Assembly (NCBI GenBank): GCA_963719035.1
Contig: CAVRAO010000006.1
Span: 165,601 to 197,600 of the forward strand
DNA from: Methanobacteriota archaeon
Lineage (GTDB): Archaea; Halobacteriota; Bog-38; Methanoflorentales; Methanoflorentaceae
DNA: 32,000 bases
Direction of reading: 5' to 3'
Position numbers and translations under genes: made by a program. Numbering within the stretch: the first letter of the stretch is position 1; each line of letters starts with the position of its first letter. Shown in pieces: positions 1 through 8,472 of this stretch. Under the pieces are notes generated by a model. It had not been told where the DNA came from, did not search any database, and was given only the letters and a program-made list of their open reading frames with translations.

Positions 1-1234
1 GCTCTGTTCCAGAGGGGCGAATAAGCAGCCAACCGTCATCATACCATATTTTAACGCCGTCGGTCGTGTCGACGTTACCGTGAACCGATGACTGAATGTG
101 TTGCATGGCTGCGTCTCTATCGCGACACGTGACCTTCGTTTTATCCATATATCGCTTCGGAATTTCGTTAACGAGCTCAGAAAGTTTTCTATCACGTTCG
201 GTCATTATTTCAAGCACCTTGGCCACTGTCATCGCCCCGTCGCGGCAGTACTGGTGTTCTGGGAAGATAATGCCTCCGTTGCCCTCTCCACCTATGACAG
301 CGTTCACTTGCATCATTACACGCGCTACGTGAATACTTCCGACTGGGGTCCAGATAACCTGGCTACCTGCTGCTTCAGCTACATCAGCGACACGCTGCGA
401 CGAACTTACGGGTGTGACTACGGGCCCCGGGGTTTTTGAAAGCACGTGCTTCACGACGATCGCAAGCAAAACGTCTTCGTTAACGAAATCCCCATTTTCA
501 TCGATGAAAACCGCCCTATCAGCGTCGCCGTCGTGAGCAACTCCCAAATCGGCGCCGTTAGAGACGACGATTTTTCCAAGATCGGTGAGTACATCCTCTG
601 TCGGTTCTGGATTTCGACTCGGGAACGTGCCGTCTATCTGCGCATTGATCGTTGTCACCTTGCAGTTTAATTTGCTAAGCAAGAATGGCGTTACAACGCT
701 GCCGGCGCCAGAACCTGTGTCGACGGCGACGATGAACCCACGTTTAGCAATGTCTGACGCGCTCACGTTCTGCATAACCCCCTCTATATAAGCAGGGATG
801 ATGTCAACGTGTGAAAGTTCGCCTGTCTCGCGCCAATCCGCAAGCTTGGCCGCATCACGGTAGTATATGTCTTCGACGGCTAGTTCCCCTTCACTTCCAA
901 ACTCTGTTCCATCGCCAGCGATGAGTTTTAGTCCATTGTATTCCCGCGGATTGTGCGACGCGGTGATAACAATTCCCGCATCGGCGTTATCGCGCACGAA
1001 GTATTGCACAGCGGGGGTCGGAGCTATACCGACGTTAATAACCTTACAACCTGTTGCGAGCAGTCCGGCAATTGCTGCATAGCTGAGCATGCTACCTGAC
1101 GTCCGCGTATCCTGTCCGACCGCAACTGTGCCCTTTGTTAGTGTCCCCAAGCTCATAGCGAGTCGTAGGGCAAGATCTGCAGTCACATCGCGGTTTACTA
1201 TCCCCCTCACACCATTTGTTCCAAAAAGCCTCAT
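1..1234 (-). CDS. glmM: Phosphoglucosamine mutase / phosphohexomutase (alpha-D-phosphohexomutase superfamily); C-terminal end runs off the window
   Basis: Not in the ORF track because it is open at the window edge. Hand translation of the minus strand from ATG 1234..1232 gives MRLFGTNGVRGIVNRDVT.... It carries the catalytic Ser loop VITASHNP (about 950-973), the metal loop AHDGDADRA (about 509-535), a GGEGNGG sugar loop, and IRPSGTE at nt 1-30. The + strand ORFs 96-1286 are antisense shadows. GlcN versus Man/Glc specificity cannot be decided by eye. Confidence 0.88.
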   Translation of the reverse strand, partial: MRLFGTNGVRGIVNRDVTADLALRLAMSLGTLTKGTVAVGQDTRTSGSMLSYAAIAGLLATGCKVINVGIAPTPAVQYFVRDNADAGIVITASHNPREYNGLKLIAGDGTEFGSEGELAVEDIYYRDAAKLADWRETGELSHVDIIPAYIEGVMQNVSASDIAKRGFIVAVDTGSGAGSVVTPFLLSKLNCKVTTINAQIDGTFPSRNPEPTEDVLTDLGKIVVSNGADLGVAHDGDADRAVFIDENGDFVNEDVLLAIVVKHVLSKTPGPVVTPVSSSQRVADVAEAAGSQVIWTPVGSIHVARVMMQVNAVIGGEGNGGIIFPEHQYCRDGAMTVAKVLEIMTERDRKLSELVNEIPKRYMDKTKVTCRDRDAAMQHIQSSVHGNVDTTDGVKIWYDDGWLLIRPSGTE

Positions 1235-1325
1235 AAAAACTCCCTGTTTGCATTACCAATCCAGACTCTCGCCGATCGACAGATAGCCCCGCTTATCGTT
1301 TTTGACGTCGCGGCTTTCCCGTACT

Positions 1326-2084
1326 TCAAATACCGATCCATTTTTCACCGTCTTCGGTAAATTCCTTTTTCCAGATGGGGACTTCCTTCTTTATCCGCTC
1401 TATTGCATCCCTGAGTGCCTTAAACCCCTCTTGTCGATGTGCTGCCGCAACAACGATGTAGACGATGTCTTCGCCTCGCTTGACACGACCTGATTTATGG
1501 TATATCTTTGCCTCTATTATGCCCTCTGCAGTCTTCAGATCGCGAACGATTGACGAAAGTCGCTGCTGCGCCTCCCTTTCGTAAATGTCAAACTCAAGCG
1601 CAAAAGCTTCCTCGCGGACCGTTCCAGTGAACGTAAGTATCGCCCCAGCTTTGTTAATGTCGGGATGCGACCGTACGGTTCTTACGAGTGCACCAAGGGT
1701 CATCCATTCCGGAAAAGTCTTAAGCGCTTCAAAATGCTGTTCGAAGTTTGCTGAGCGCTCTAGCTGAACTTCGTAAACCTCACGAAAAGAGACAATCCGT
1801 GATGCAAGCACGCCCCCCACCACAACGGCAAAATCAACATCCTCTTGTTCTCCCAGACGATCTAGCTCTCGCGGGATTTCATTTGCGTTCTCGTGGATGT
1901 AGCGTGTTAAAGCGTATCTCGTCGGCGATTTGATGCAAAGGAGTGTATTTGAACCTTCCTTCTGAGCAAACCTCAGTGAATTCTCGTGCTGCTGACGCAG
2001 AATCGCCACCTTATAATGAAGCGTTAGCGCCTCTATGAAGTGCTCGCAGCGTTCTGCTTCACCGGTGAGTGCAATAACCCTCAC
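1326..2084 (-). CDS. moaE: MoaE-domain protein (molybdopterin synthase catalytic subunit) with a ~120-aa N-terminal MobB-like extension
   Basis: The C-terminal half of track ORF 1326..2096 reads GAILTFTGTVRE...IYHKSGRVKRGEDIVYIVVAAAHRQEGFKALRDAIERIKKEVPIWKKE, which matches MoaE hallmarks (HR..AF, PIWKKE). The track start, TTG 2096, lies only ~10 nt from the TATA-like box at 2106-2114. GTG 2084 (MRVIALTGE...) lies ~26 nt from the box centre, so I prefer it. Confidence 0.8.
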   Translation of the reverse strand: MRVIALTGEAERCEHFIEALTLHYKVAILRQQHENSLRFAQKEGSNTLLCIKSPTRYALTRYIHENANEIPRELDRLGEQEDVDFAVVVGGVLASRIVSFREVYEVQLERSANFEQHFEALKTFPEWMTLGALVRTVRSHPDINKAGAILTFTGTVREEAFALEFDIYEREAQQRLSSIVRDLKTAEGIIEAKIYHKSGRVKRGEDIVYIVVAAAHRQEGFKALRDAIERIKKEVPIWKKEFTEDGEKWIGI

Positions 2085-2105
2085 ATACCTAAACAATACA
2101 CAACG

Positions 2106-2114
2106 AAATAAATA
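2106..2114 (-). promoter_or_regulatory. TATA-like box for the MoaE-domain gene
   Basis: The + strand reads AAATAAATA (minus strand TATTTATTT). Its centre is ~26 nt upstream of GTG 2084, the usual archaeal TATA-to-TSS distance, implying a leaderless mRNA. Confidence 0.35.
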
Positions 2115-2522
2115 CGTGTTGATAAGGAAAACATAAGTGATGCGTCGATGCTTGGAGCCTAAGCACGCCCCTTACAGCGCTTTCCAGAGGTTGATTGCTT
2201 CGTCGTTGCTGTTCCTGCAAGTTGCGGCGAACCAAAGACAGCGATGTCCGCTCATATAGTCTCCACCCTCAGTCACGTTAGAAGCGAGTTCATTGGGCAA
2301 AAAAGGTAAACAGGTCGCGCGCTACAGTGCGACAATCCCAGAGACGAGATCACTCTTCAACTACACCAAGCTTATAAGCTGTGTGCTTCACCTAGAAACC
2401 GTCAATCGCGCCTAAATGAGTCTTTGAGGCTTGAAACAACTGCTCAATACTGCCAGATCTTGTTAAAGAGCGTGAATCACAGACCAGCTGCAAAATTGCG
2501 CTTTGAGCACTTAGATACGCTT

Positions 2523-2684
2523 TCAGCGGTCGGAGAATTTAATTCGAGTAGCACAATGAGAACAGACCCAAATAACGCTTTCTCCTTTTTTTTCGCGTCT
2601 TAAAATCTTAATTCGACCTACCTCTGACTTTTCAAAGTTGCGCTGGCAGAGTTTGCAGACTGTTATGTTGTCCGGTTGACCCAT
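2523..2684 (-). CDS. Small (53 aa) zinc-ribbon protein, CxxC-x27-CxxC; below the ORF-track length cutoff
   Basis: Hand translation of the minus strand from ATG 2684..2682 to TGA 2525..2523 gives MGQPDNITVCKLCQRNFEKSEVGRIKILRREKKGESVIWVCSHCATRIKFSDR. Two CxxC knuckles separated by a basic linker are typical of archaeal zinc-finger micro-proteins. I recognise no specific family. Confidence 0.5.
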   Translation of the reverse strand: MGQPDNITVCKLCQRNFEKSEVGRIKILRREKKGESVIWVCSHCATRIKFSDR

Positions 2685-2877
2685 TTCGTGCTCCCTGTAT
2701 ACCCAAATTCTACTGCGCTAAAGCCGATGCTCGCGTAGTAATAGAAATGCCAAGGTACTAAATAACACTTGCTTGCGGTTGAAAAGCATACTAATTCTAC
2801 GCATAAATTAACATTTGCGGCGACGAGCAACCGGTTCTAAAGTCATCAGCGATTTCAACTGTTGCGTGACACCGTAG

Positions 2878-2885
2878 TTTATTTT
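2878..2885 (+). promoter_or_regulatory. TATA-like box for rtcA
   Basis: TTTATTTT, with its centre ~26.5 nt upstream of ATG 2908. This implies a leaderless rtcA mRNA, and the box overlaps the alternative TTG at 2884. Confidence 0.4.
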
Positions 2886-2907
2886 GAGTTCAGTGCACTT
2901 ACTATTA

Positions 2908-3999
2908 ATGATTGAGATTGATGGCAGCATCGGTGAAGGCGGAGGACAAGTGCTGCGTGTATGTCTAGCGCTCTCCGCATTAACACGAAAGCCCATTGCT
3001 ATCAAGAATATTAGGGTCAACCGGACAAATCCCGGGCTTCGCAGCCAACATTTGACTGCGATACGTGCGGTAGCTGAGGTCACCGCCGCGAAGGTGAGCG
3101 GACTTGCGATAGGCTCATCTAAGCTAGTTTTTTCCCCGGGACCGGTACACGGGGGAACTTTTCACTTTGACGCGAAGACGGCCGGCAGCACTACCCTCAT
3201 TTTGCAGGCACTTTTACCTGTCCTCACATTCGCCGATCAGCGTTCTTCTGTAACTCTCATCGGCGGCACTAATAATCCATTGGCACCGCAAGCCGATTAC
3301 GTGGTCAACGTCCTTAATCCCATCCTAGCTAACATGGGATTTCTTTACCGATTTCGTCTCATAAAAAGGGGGTTCTATCCTCGTGGAGGGGGGCTGGTGC
3401 ACGTCCTCGTAGAGCCCGTCGATGAGCTACGTCCTATTGATATCGTCGATAAGGGGGCTCTTCGAGAAATAATGGGTATATCGCATTCGCGCAATCTACC
3501 TACTCACGTTGTCGAGCGGCAAGCAAACGCGGCCAAACAAAGCTGCTCGCGAGCAGGCTTTAAAACCGCGAGCTTCGTGCATGACGTTGGTCAGGGGACT
3601 AAAAGTCCTTCCACAGGAAGTGGCGTTGTGCTTTGGGCAGAGACGTCAACCGGAGGAAGACTAGCAGGGGACTCACTCGGAGCTCCGGGCAAACCTGCTG
3701 AACGCGTTGGAGAGGAGGCCGCAGCTAAGCTCTTATCACAATTGTCCCTTGGGGCACCGATCGACACACACCTCAGCGATCAATTAATTGTCTGGCTAGC
3801 ACTCGCACAAGGACGCTCTAGAATTAAGACGACCACACTGACACTCCACGCGGTTACTGCGATAAAAGTAACAGAGATGTTGACTGATAGTCAATTCAAA
3901 ATCCGCGGAAAGGTCGGCACGTCAGGAACAATAGAGTGTCAAGCAGGCAAGGCGTTGGATAAGCAGCTATCCACTTCTTCTCCCCCCAGCGACCGCTGA
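2908..3999 (+). CDS. rtcA: RNA 3'-terminal phosphate cyclase
   Basis: From track ORF 2884..3999. The product MIEIDGSIGEGGGQVLRVCLALSAL...NPGLRSQHL...DTHLSDQLIVWLALAQG matches RtcA (N-terminal EGGGQ motif and the His in the D.HL.DQ adenylylation site). ATG 2908 is preferred over TTG 2884, which lies inside the TATA-like box. Confidence 0.92.
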   Translation: MIEIDGSIGEGGGQVLRVCLALSALTRKPIAIKNIRVNRTNPGLRSQHLTAIRAVAEVTAAKVSGLAIGSSKLVFSPGPVHGGTFHFDAKTAGSTTLILQALLPVLTFADQRSSVTLIGGTNNPLAPQADYVVNVLNPILANMGFLYRFRLIKRGFYPRGGGLVHVLVEPVDELRPIDIVDKGALREIMGISHSRNLPTHVVERQANAAKQSCSRAGFKTASFVHDVGQGTKSPSTGSGVVLWAETSTGGRLAGDSLGAPGKPAERVGEEAAAKLLSQLSLGAPIDTHLSDQLIVWLALAQGRSRIKTTTLTLHAVTAIKVTEMLTDSQFKIRGKVGTSGTIECQAGKALDKQLSTSSPPSDR

Positions 4000-4024
4000 G
4001 AATGGTTGTTAGAGGATGCCAAAG

Positions 4025-4813
4025 TCATTCGAGCTTTCGGAGCACGGTACTTTGAGTTATCACGCCGACCATCGTGTCATTTAGATCGAGGATTGGCACG
4101 CCCTCAACGTCGTGTTTCAACATGAGGTCGACCACATCGACGCAAGGGGTATTAGTTCGCGCAAACACGACATCTGCGACCATTATATCACCCACAAGTA
4201 GTTTCCGCATGCGTGAATCTTGATATTGAGCTCGTACGAGGTCTCTGAACTGGCTCATGGCCTTCGCTATGTCGTTCTCTGTTATGATACCAACAAGCTT
4301 GTCATCCTCGACGACCACCATCCACCACGCATTTTCATCAATCATCCTTCGCCTAATGTGGGCTACTCGATCAACAGGGGAGCAAGTCAATGGAGGTTCC
4401 ATTATTTCTCCCGCCGATCCCCCCGGCCTGCTCACCTTCACGATCTCGTTGAAAGTTATCCACCTAACGGGCTTCCCATTAGCAACGACTAGGACCCCCA
4501 ACGATTCCAAAAGACGGTTGACCTCACCAAGGGGCAGGGCTCCTCTAATTACAGTGAACGTTTCATCCATTGCTTTTGTCACGTGTAGTGATGATGCGGG
4601 CTTAATGACGTCATCAATTGCGCCTAATGTGCGTGCAATACCTTGTTTCGTCAAAACCCCAACAACTTCTCCATCATTCATCACGAGCAATTGGTTCACC
4701 TTGTTTTTTTCCATAAGATCCAAGGCGTGTGAAATCCGATCGGATTTGTTTACAAAGCACGCAGCCGATGCCAGATCAGACGCTGAAGCAAACGTGTGAT
4801 TGTCGTAACGCAT
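4025..4813 (-). CDS. Four-CBS-domain protein (AMPK-gamma-like architecture)
   Basis: From track ORF 4025..4822. It contains repeated CBS strand-helix endings: VVGVLTKQGIARTL, VRWITFNEIVKV, LVGIITENDIAKAM, MVGVITQSTVLRKL. ATG 4813 (MRYDNH...) is preceded by AAGGTG with 6-nt spacing, so I prefer it to GTG 4822. Confidence 0.85.
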   Translation of the reverse strand: MRYDNHTFASASDLASAACFVNKSDRISHALDLMEKNKVNQLLVMNDGEVVGVLTKQGIARTLGAIDDVIKPASSLHVTKAMDETFTVIRGALPLGEVNRLLESLGVLVVANGKPVRWITFNEIVKVSRPGGSAGEIMEPPLTCSPVDRVAHIRRRMIDENAWWMVVVEDDKLVGIITENDIAKAMSQFRDLVRAQYQDSRMRKLLVGDIMVADVVFARTNTPCVDVVDLMLKHDVEGVPILDLNDTMVGVITQSTVLRKLE

Positions 4814-4852
4814 TTTTTGCACCTTACTGATTAAGCCGAAACGTTGACGGTC

Positions 4853-5686
4853 CTATTCTGCCATCTTTCTCGCTATGTCGGTCTTGGAGATGATACCAAT
4901 AAGCGACTCGTCTTTTACGACCGGAATGGCGTCTATCCTGTTCTTAATCATCACGCGCGCAGCATCTACCGCCTTTGAATCACTGTGTATCGTAATAAGC
5001 GGCTCAGACATGATATCTTCTGCAACTTGTAGCACCTTTCGGACATACCTGTTCTTTTGCACGCCAGCACGATCGGCTTTTCTCACCATCACGATGCCCT
5101 TTGAATCAACGAGAGGCTCTTGGGCAAACGTCAGATTAGAGTGTGTGATTATGCCAACGGGTACACCGTTCCCCTCATGAACTATGGTACGAAAAACATG
5201 GTTCGTATTCATGTCACGCAAAACGTGGTTGATTGAATGGTGGCGGTGGCAAGTGAGAAAAGCATCAGCCATAATAGTTTTGACTTGAAGCTTGGAGCTT
5301 GTAGTTGCAAAATGCGCTGCTAAATCCGTCTCTGTGAAAATGCCAAGCAGCTCGCCATCTTCTACTACCGGAAGGCAGCCAATTCCGTTGGTGATCATCT
5401 CTCGGGCTGCCTCTGCAACTGAGGCATTAGGCGAGGTTGTGACTAGATTCTCTGACATTATCGTTTTAGCGAGCGTTCTGTCCTGCTGCCGCCTTCGCCA
5501 TCCTGCTTCAGATGATTCAAGCATCTTTACGAGGTCGTATTTGGCGATCACGCCAACAAGAGTCCCTTCATAAGCAACTGCTACTCTGCCAATCTTGTGC
5601 TTCAGCATCACATTTTTTACGTGACCAACCGTGTCTTCGGGTGAGACGGAATATACGGGGGCATTCATCAAATCGTCAACTTGCAT
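4853..5686 (-). CDS. Four-CBS-domain protein, tandem paralogue of the preceding gene
   Basis: From track ORF 4853..5749. CBS endings are LVGVIAKYDLVKML, LLGIFTETDLAAHF, PVGIITHSNLTF, LIGIISKTDIARKM. The first 21 codons of the track ORF contain a TATA-like box (5718-5725). ATG 5686 (MQVDDLMNAPVYSV) has GAGGA 6 nt upstream. Confidence 0.85.
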   Translation of the reverse strand: MQVDDLMNAPVYSVSPEDTVGHVKNVMLKHKIGRVAVAYEGTLVGVIAKYDLVKMLESSEAGWRRRQQDRTLAKTIMSENLVTTSPNASVAEAAREMITNGIGCLPVVEDGELLGIFTETDLAAHFATTSSKLQVKTIMADAFLTCHRHHSINHVLRDMNTNHVFRTIVHEGNGVPVGIITHSNLTFAQEPLVDSKGIVMVRKADRAGVQKNRYVRKVLQVAEDIMSEPLITIHSDSKAVDAARVMIKNRIDAIPVVKDESLIGIISKTDIARKMAE

Positions 5687-5717
5687 GTCTCTTCCTCGTT
5701 GCCACTCTTTCATGTCT

Positions 5718-5725
5718 CTATTTAT
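5718..5725 (-). promoter_or_regulatory. TATA-like box for the upstream CBS gene
   Basis: The minus strand reads TATAAATA, with its centre ~35 nt upstream of ATG 5686. This leaves a ~9-nt leader containing GAGGA. Confidence 0.35.
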
Positions 5726-5871
5726 AGTCAAAGCTCTATGTCGAAACACTCTGAGAACTTTGTAACAAGCTTATGCTCGCGAAACACAATAATACTGTTA
5801 CTTATCCGCCCTCTGCGCTAAAAGCTTTGGCCGCATCTATAGCGCGAATCAGGCGGCAAGATGGTTAGCGT

Positions 5872-6132
5872 TCACTGCGGCTGTTTAATCAGCTTGCGGT
5901 CAACCACAATGTAATCCTTTATTGCTCTCACAGCGTCAAATGGTAGAAATATGAAGTCGTTTTCTGTCCTAAACTCTTGCAGATTCAGGTCGGGATCGGG
6001 CTTCACTTTGAGATCAAGGATATCGCCGGTGTTTTCATCAATAATAAGATCATAGAGCGTGCCGATATCAGTGCCATCGCTCCCCATCACTTGCTTATTA
6101 GACAGATTCTTTGCGAAAATCTCCTTTTTCAT
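5872..6132 (-). CDS. Small single-domain PRC-barrel protein (86 aa)
   Basis: MKKEIFAKNLSNKQVMGSDGTDIGTLYDLIIDENTGDILDLKVKP...FLPFDAVRAIKDYIVVD shows the PRC-barrel pattern (V.G.DG..iG.v.D...D..tG.i..l.v, with a C-terminal i.v). Size and layout resemble stand-alone archaeal PRC-barrel proteins. Confidence 0.8.
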   Translation of the reverse strand: MKKEIFAKNLSNKQVMGSDGTDIGTLYDLIIDENTGDILDLKVKPDPDLNLQEFRTENDFIFLPFDAVRAIKDYIVVDRKLIKQPQ

Positions 6133-6153
6133 CCCTGCTTGCTACGTACTTAT

Positions 6154-6161
6154 AATATAAA
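6154..6161 (-). promoter_or_regulatory. TATA-like box for the PRC-barrel gene
   Basis: The minus strand reads TTTATATT within CCTTTATATTATAAG. Its centre is ~25.5 nt upstream of ATG 6132, so the gene appears to have its own leaderless promoter. Confidence 0.4.
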
Positions 6162-6180
6162 GGGTTTCGTATACCCCCGC

Positions 6181-8397
6181 TTATTGATAGCTCACGTGCG
6201 TCGTCGGCTCAGCAGGGCGACCTCCGGCAAATCTCTGTTTTATCTGCTCGTAATACTGCATAGTGCGTTCGTCAATCGCAGGTCGAACTTTCTTAAGTGC
6301 TTCTCTGAAATGACGCATTTCTATGGAACGAATGTCCTTCGCTTCTCGCAAAGCGAGCATCGCGGCTTCTTTACAAAGTGTTTCTAAATCGCTGCCGACA
6401 TACCATTCGGTGAGGTCCGCAAGCTCTTCGATGTCTACATCGTCTGAAAGCGGCATAGTCCGCGTGTGGATATTCAATATCGATACCCTTGCACTCTTCT
6501 GCGGCGCACCAAGCAGTATCATCCTGTCAAATCGTCCTGATCGCAGGAGGGCCGGATCGACTATGTCAGGGCGATTCGTGGCAGCGATCACGACAATGTC
6601 CTTTAGGTCTTGTAAACCGTCAAGCTCTGTTAGAAGGGTGTTCACGACCCTTTCGGAGACTCGCGAGGTATCCTCTATACCCCGCATTGGAGCGAGCGCA
6701 TCAAGCTCATCAAGGAAGACGACGACGGGCGCAACTTGCCGAGCTTTCTTGAAAACGCTCCTTACCGCACGCTCAGATTCACCTACCCATTTGCTCATAA
6801 GCTCCGGACCACGCACGCTTATGAAATTCGCTTCAGTTTCATTCGCGACTGCTCTAACGATGAGCGTCTTACCCGTTCCCGGCGGTCCGAAGAGCAAAAT
6901 ACCACGAGGCGGCGTGATACCCATTCTTCTAAACGATTGAGGTTCTTTGAGGGGCCATTCTATTGTTTCGATTAACTCCTGCCGCGCTTCTTCAAGCCCG
7001 CCAACGTCGTTCCAGGTGGTATTGGGAATTTCGACCAGGATTTCGCGAAGCGCACTTGGTTGAATCTCTCGAAATGCTTCGCTGAAATCATCGTTAGTGA
7101 TCCTCATATTAGCAAGGGTCTCGGCGGGAATCTCCTTGTCGAGGTCGATGTCGGGCATGTATCTATTCAAAGCGCGCATTGCCGCCTCTTTCGTAATAGA
7201 GAGAAGATCGGCTCCGACGAAGCCGTGAGTGATGCTGGCGAGCTCTTCAAGGTTAACGTCGTTGGCGAGCGGCATATCGCGTGTATGAATTTGGAGGATC
7301 TCCTTTCTACCGTTATAGTCAGGTACAGATATCTCAATCTCTCTGTCAAACCTTCCTGGACGTCTCAAAGCAGGGTCGATTGCTTCTACCCTGTTTGTAG
7401 CGCCTACGATTATTATCTCACCCCTTTCCTCAAGCCCATCCATTATGGTAAGCAATTGGGCAACAACGCGACGCTCGACTTCTCCGGTTACGTCCCCCCG
7501 TCGTGGCGCGATTGAGTCGAGCTCATCGATAAATACGATCGAGGGAGTTCGGTCGCGTGCTTCTTCGAAGATTTCACGCAGTCGTTGCTCGCTTTCACCG
7601 TAATACTTGCTCATAATCTCGGGCCCCGCTATAGAATAGAACGATGCGCCCGACTCATTTGCCACTGCTTTTGCGATGAGCGTCTTTCCGGTACCAGGAG
7701 GTCCGTGAAGCAAAACACCACTCGGCGGCGAGATGCCAAGCGTTTGAAAAACCTCTGGATGCTTCATCGGGAGCTCAATCATCTCCCTAATGCGTTGTAT
7801 CTCATCTCTCAAACCACCTATGTCCTCATATGAGATGCCTGTGGCGCGCACTGATTCAAACCCTTTGACGGGCTTATCTCTTAGGTCAAGCTGCGTTTTC
7901 TCAGTAATGAATACTACGCCAAGTGGACTTGTGCTTACTACGATGAGCGGCACTGCTTGACCAGGCACTCGCAGAAGAGGGTGCGACGCAACGCTCAAAA
8001 CGGGCACGACGTCTCCTTGAACCATAGGACGTTTGAGCAGCTGACGGTGTACGCTGTCCTTCATCTCTGCGAGTGGCTGTGTGACCGTCCCCTCAGGAGG
8101 GGCTAGCACAACCTTTTGCGCCTCATTCACCTTTGGCTTGCGAACAAGCACGCGCTCACCCATACCGACACCGGCGTTTTGGCGAATGAATCCATCGATG
8201 CGAATGATGCCTTCGTGCCAGTCTTGGCGATCCGCGCGCCAGACTTTAGCAGCCGTACTGGTCTTGCCTACGATTTCTATGATTTCTCCGGGAGAGAGCT
8301 GAAGCTTAAGAAGCGTATCTGGATCGAGCCGTGCAATACCTCTTCCTGAATCGTTCGGGTATGCTTTGGCAACTTTTAACTGAATCTCTAGAGGCAT
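6181..8397 (-). CDS. cdc48: Cdc48/VCP/VAT-type double-ring AAA+ ATPase
   Basis: 738 aa. The N-domain is [27 protein letters not shown]. There are two Walker A motifs GPPGTGKT (about nt 7693-7715 and 6873-6894), Walker B motifs IVFIDELD and VVFLDELD, and second-region-of-homology arginines (RPGRFDR, RSGRFDR). The C-terminus ...HVSYQ keeps the penultimate Tyr of an HbYX-like proteasome-docking tail. Confidence 0.97.
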   Translation of the reverse strand: MPLEIQLKVAKAYPNDSGRGIARLDPDTLLKLQLSPGEIIEIVGKTSTAAKVWRADRQDWHEGIIRIDGFIRQNAGVGMGERVLVRKPKVNEAQKVVLAPPEGTVTQPLAEMKDSVHRQLLKRPMVQGDVVPVLSVASHPLLRVPGQAVPLIVVSTSPLGVVFITEKTQLDLRDKPVKGFESVRATGISYEDIGGLRDEIQRIREMIELPMKHPEVFQTLGISPPSGVLLHGPPGTGKTLIAKAVANESGASFYSIAGPEIMSKYYGESEQRLREIFEEARDRTPSIVFIDELDSIAPRRGDVTGEVERRVVAQLLTIMDGLEERGEIIIVGATNRVEAIDPALRRPGRFDREIEISVPDYNGRKEILQIHTRDMPLANDVNLEELASITHGFVGADLLSITKEAAMRALNRYMPDIDLDKEIPAETLANMRITNDDFSEAFREIQPSALREILVEIPNTTWNDVGGLEEARQELIETIEWPLKEPQSFRRMGITPPRGILLFGPPGTGKTLIVRAVANETEANFISVRGPELMSKWVGESERAVRSVFKKARQVAPVVVFLDELDALAPMRGIEDTSRVSERVVNTLLTELDGLQDLKDIVVIAATNRPDIVDPALLRSGRFDRMILLGAPQKSARVSILNIHTRTMPLSDDVDIEELADLTEWYVGSDLETLCKEAAMLALREAKDIRSIEMRHFREALKKVRPAIDERTMQYYEQIKQRFAGGRPAEPTTHVSYQ

Positions 8398-8433
8398 ACG
8401 ATCAAAACCTAAGCTTATATGATAACATGGGTG

Positions 8434-8441
8434 ATATATAA
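8434..8441 (+). promoter_or_regulatory. TATA-like box for larC
   Basis: ATATATAA, with its centre ~35 nt upstream of ATG 8473 (short leader). It lies in the 75-nt divergent cdc48/larC intergenic region. Confidence 0.35.
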
Positions 8442-8472
8442 GGGTGGCTAAAGAGCTCCGTTTGCATACGTT

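Noticed and set aside
96-1286. Six + strand track ORFs (65-113 aa) at the left end.
   Set aside because: All lie antisense to a continuous minus-strand phosphohexomutase reading frame with unmistakable catalytic motifs. Their products are low-complexity Ser/Arg/Cys-rich strings.
2368-2379. 12-bp perfect palindrome AGCTTATAAGCT.
   Set aside because: Perfect 12-bp palindromes are expected several times by chance in 32 kb. No gene is positioned appropriately on either side.
2884-2907. TTG 2884 as the rtcA start (longest ORF).
   Set aside because: The TTG lies inside the TATA-like box (2878-2885). RtcA homologues begin at the M-IEIDGS position, which corresponds to ATG 2908.
2808-3083. A 91-aa minus-strand ORF overlapping the rtcA 5' end.
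   Set aside because: It overlaps the well-supported rtcA N-terminus and its TATA box. The product has no protein-like features.
4220-8349. Numerous + strand ORFs (60-205 aa) inside the CBS genes and cdc48, plus the 60-aa minus ORF 7167-7349.
   Set aside because: They are antisense or off-frame shadows of genes with strong family signatures. Their Ser/Arg/Pro-rich compositions are typical of non-coding frames.
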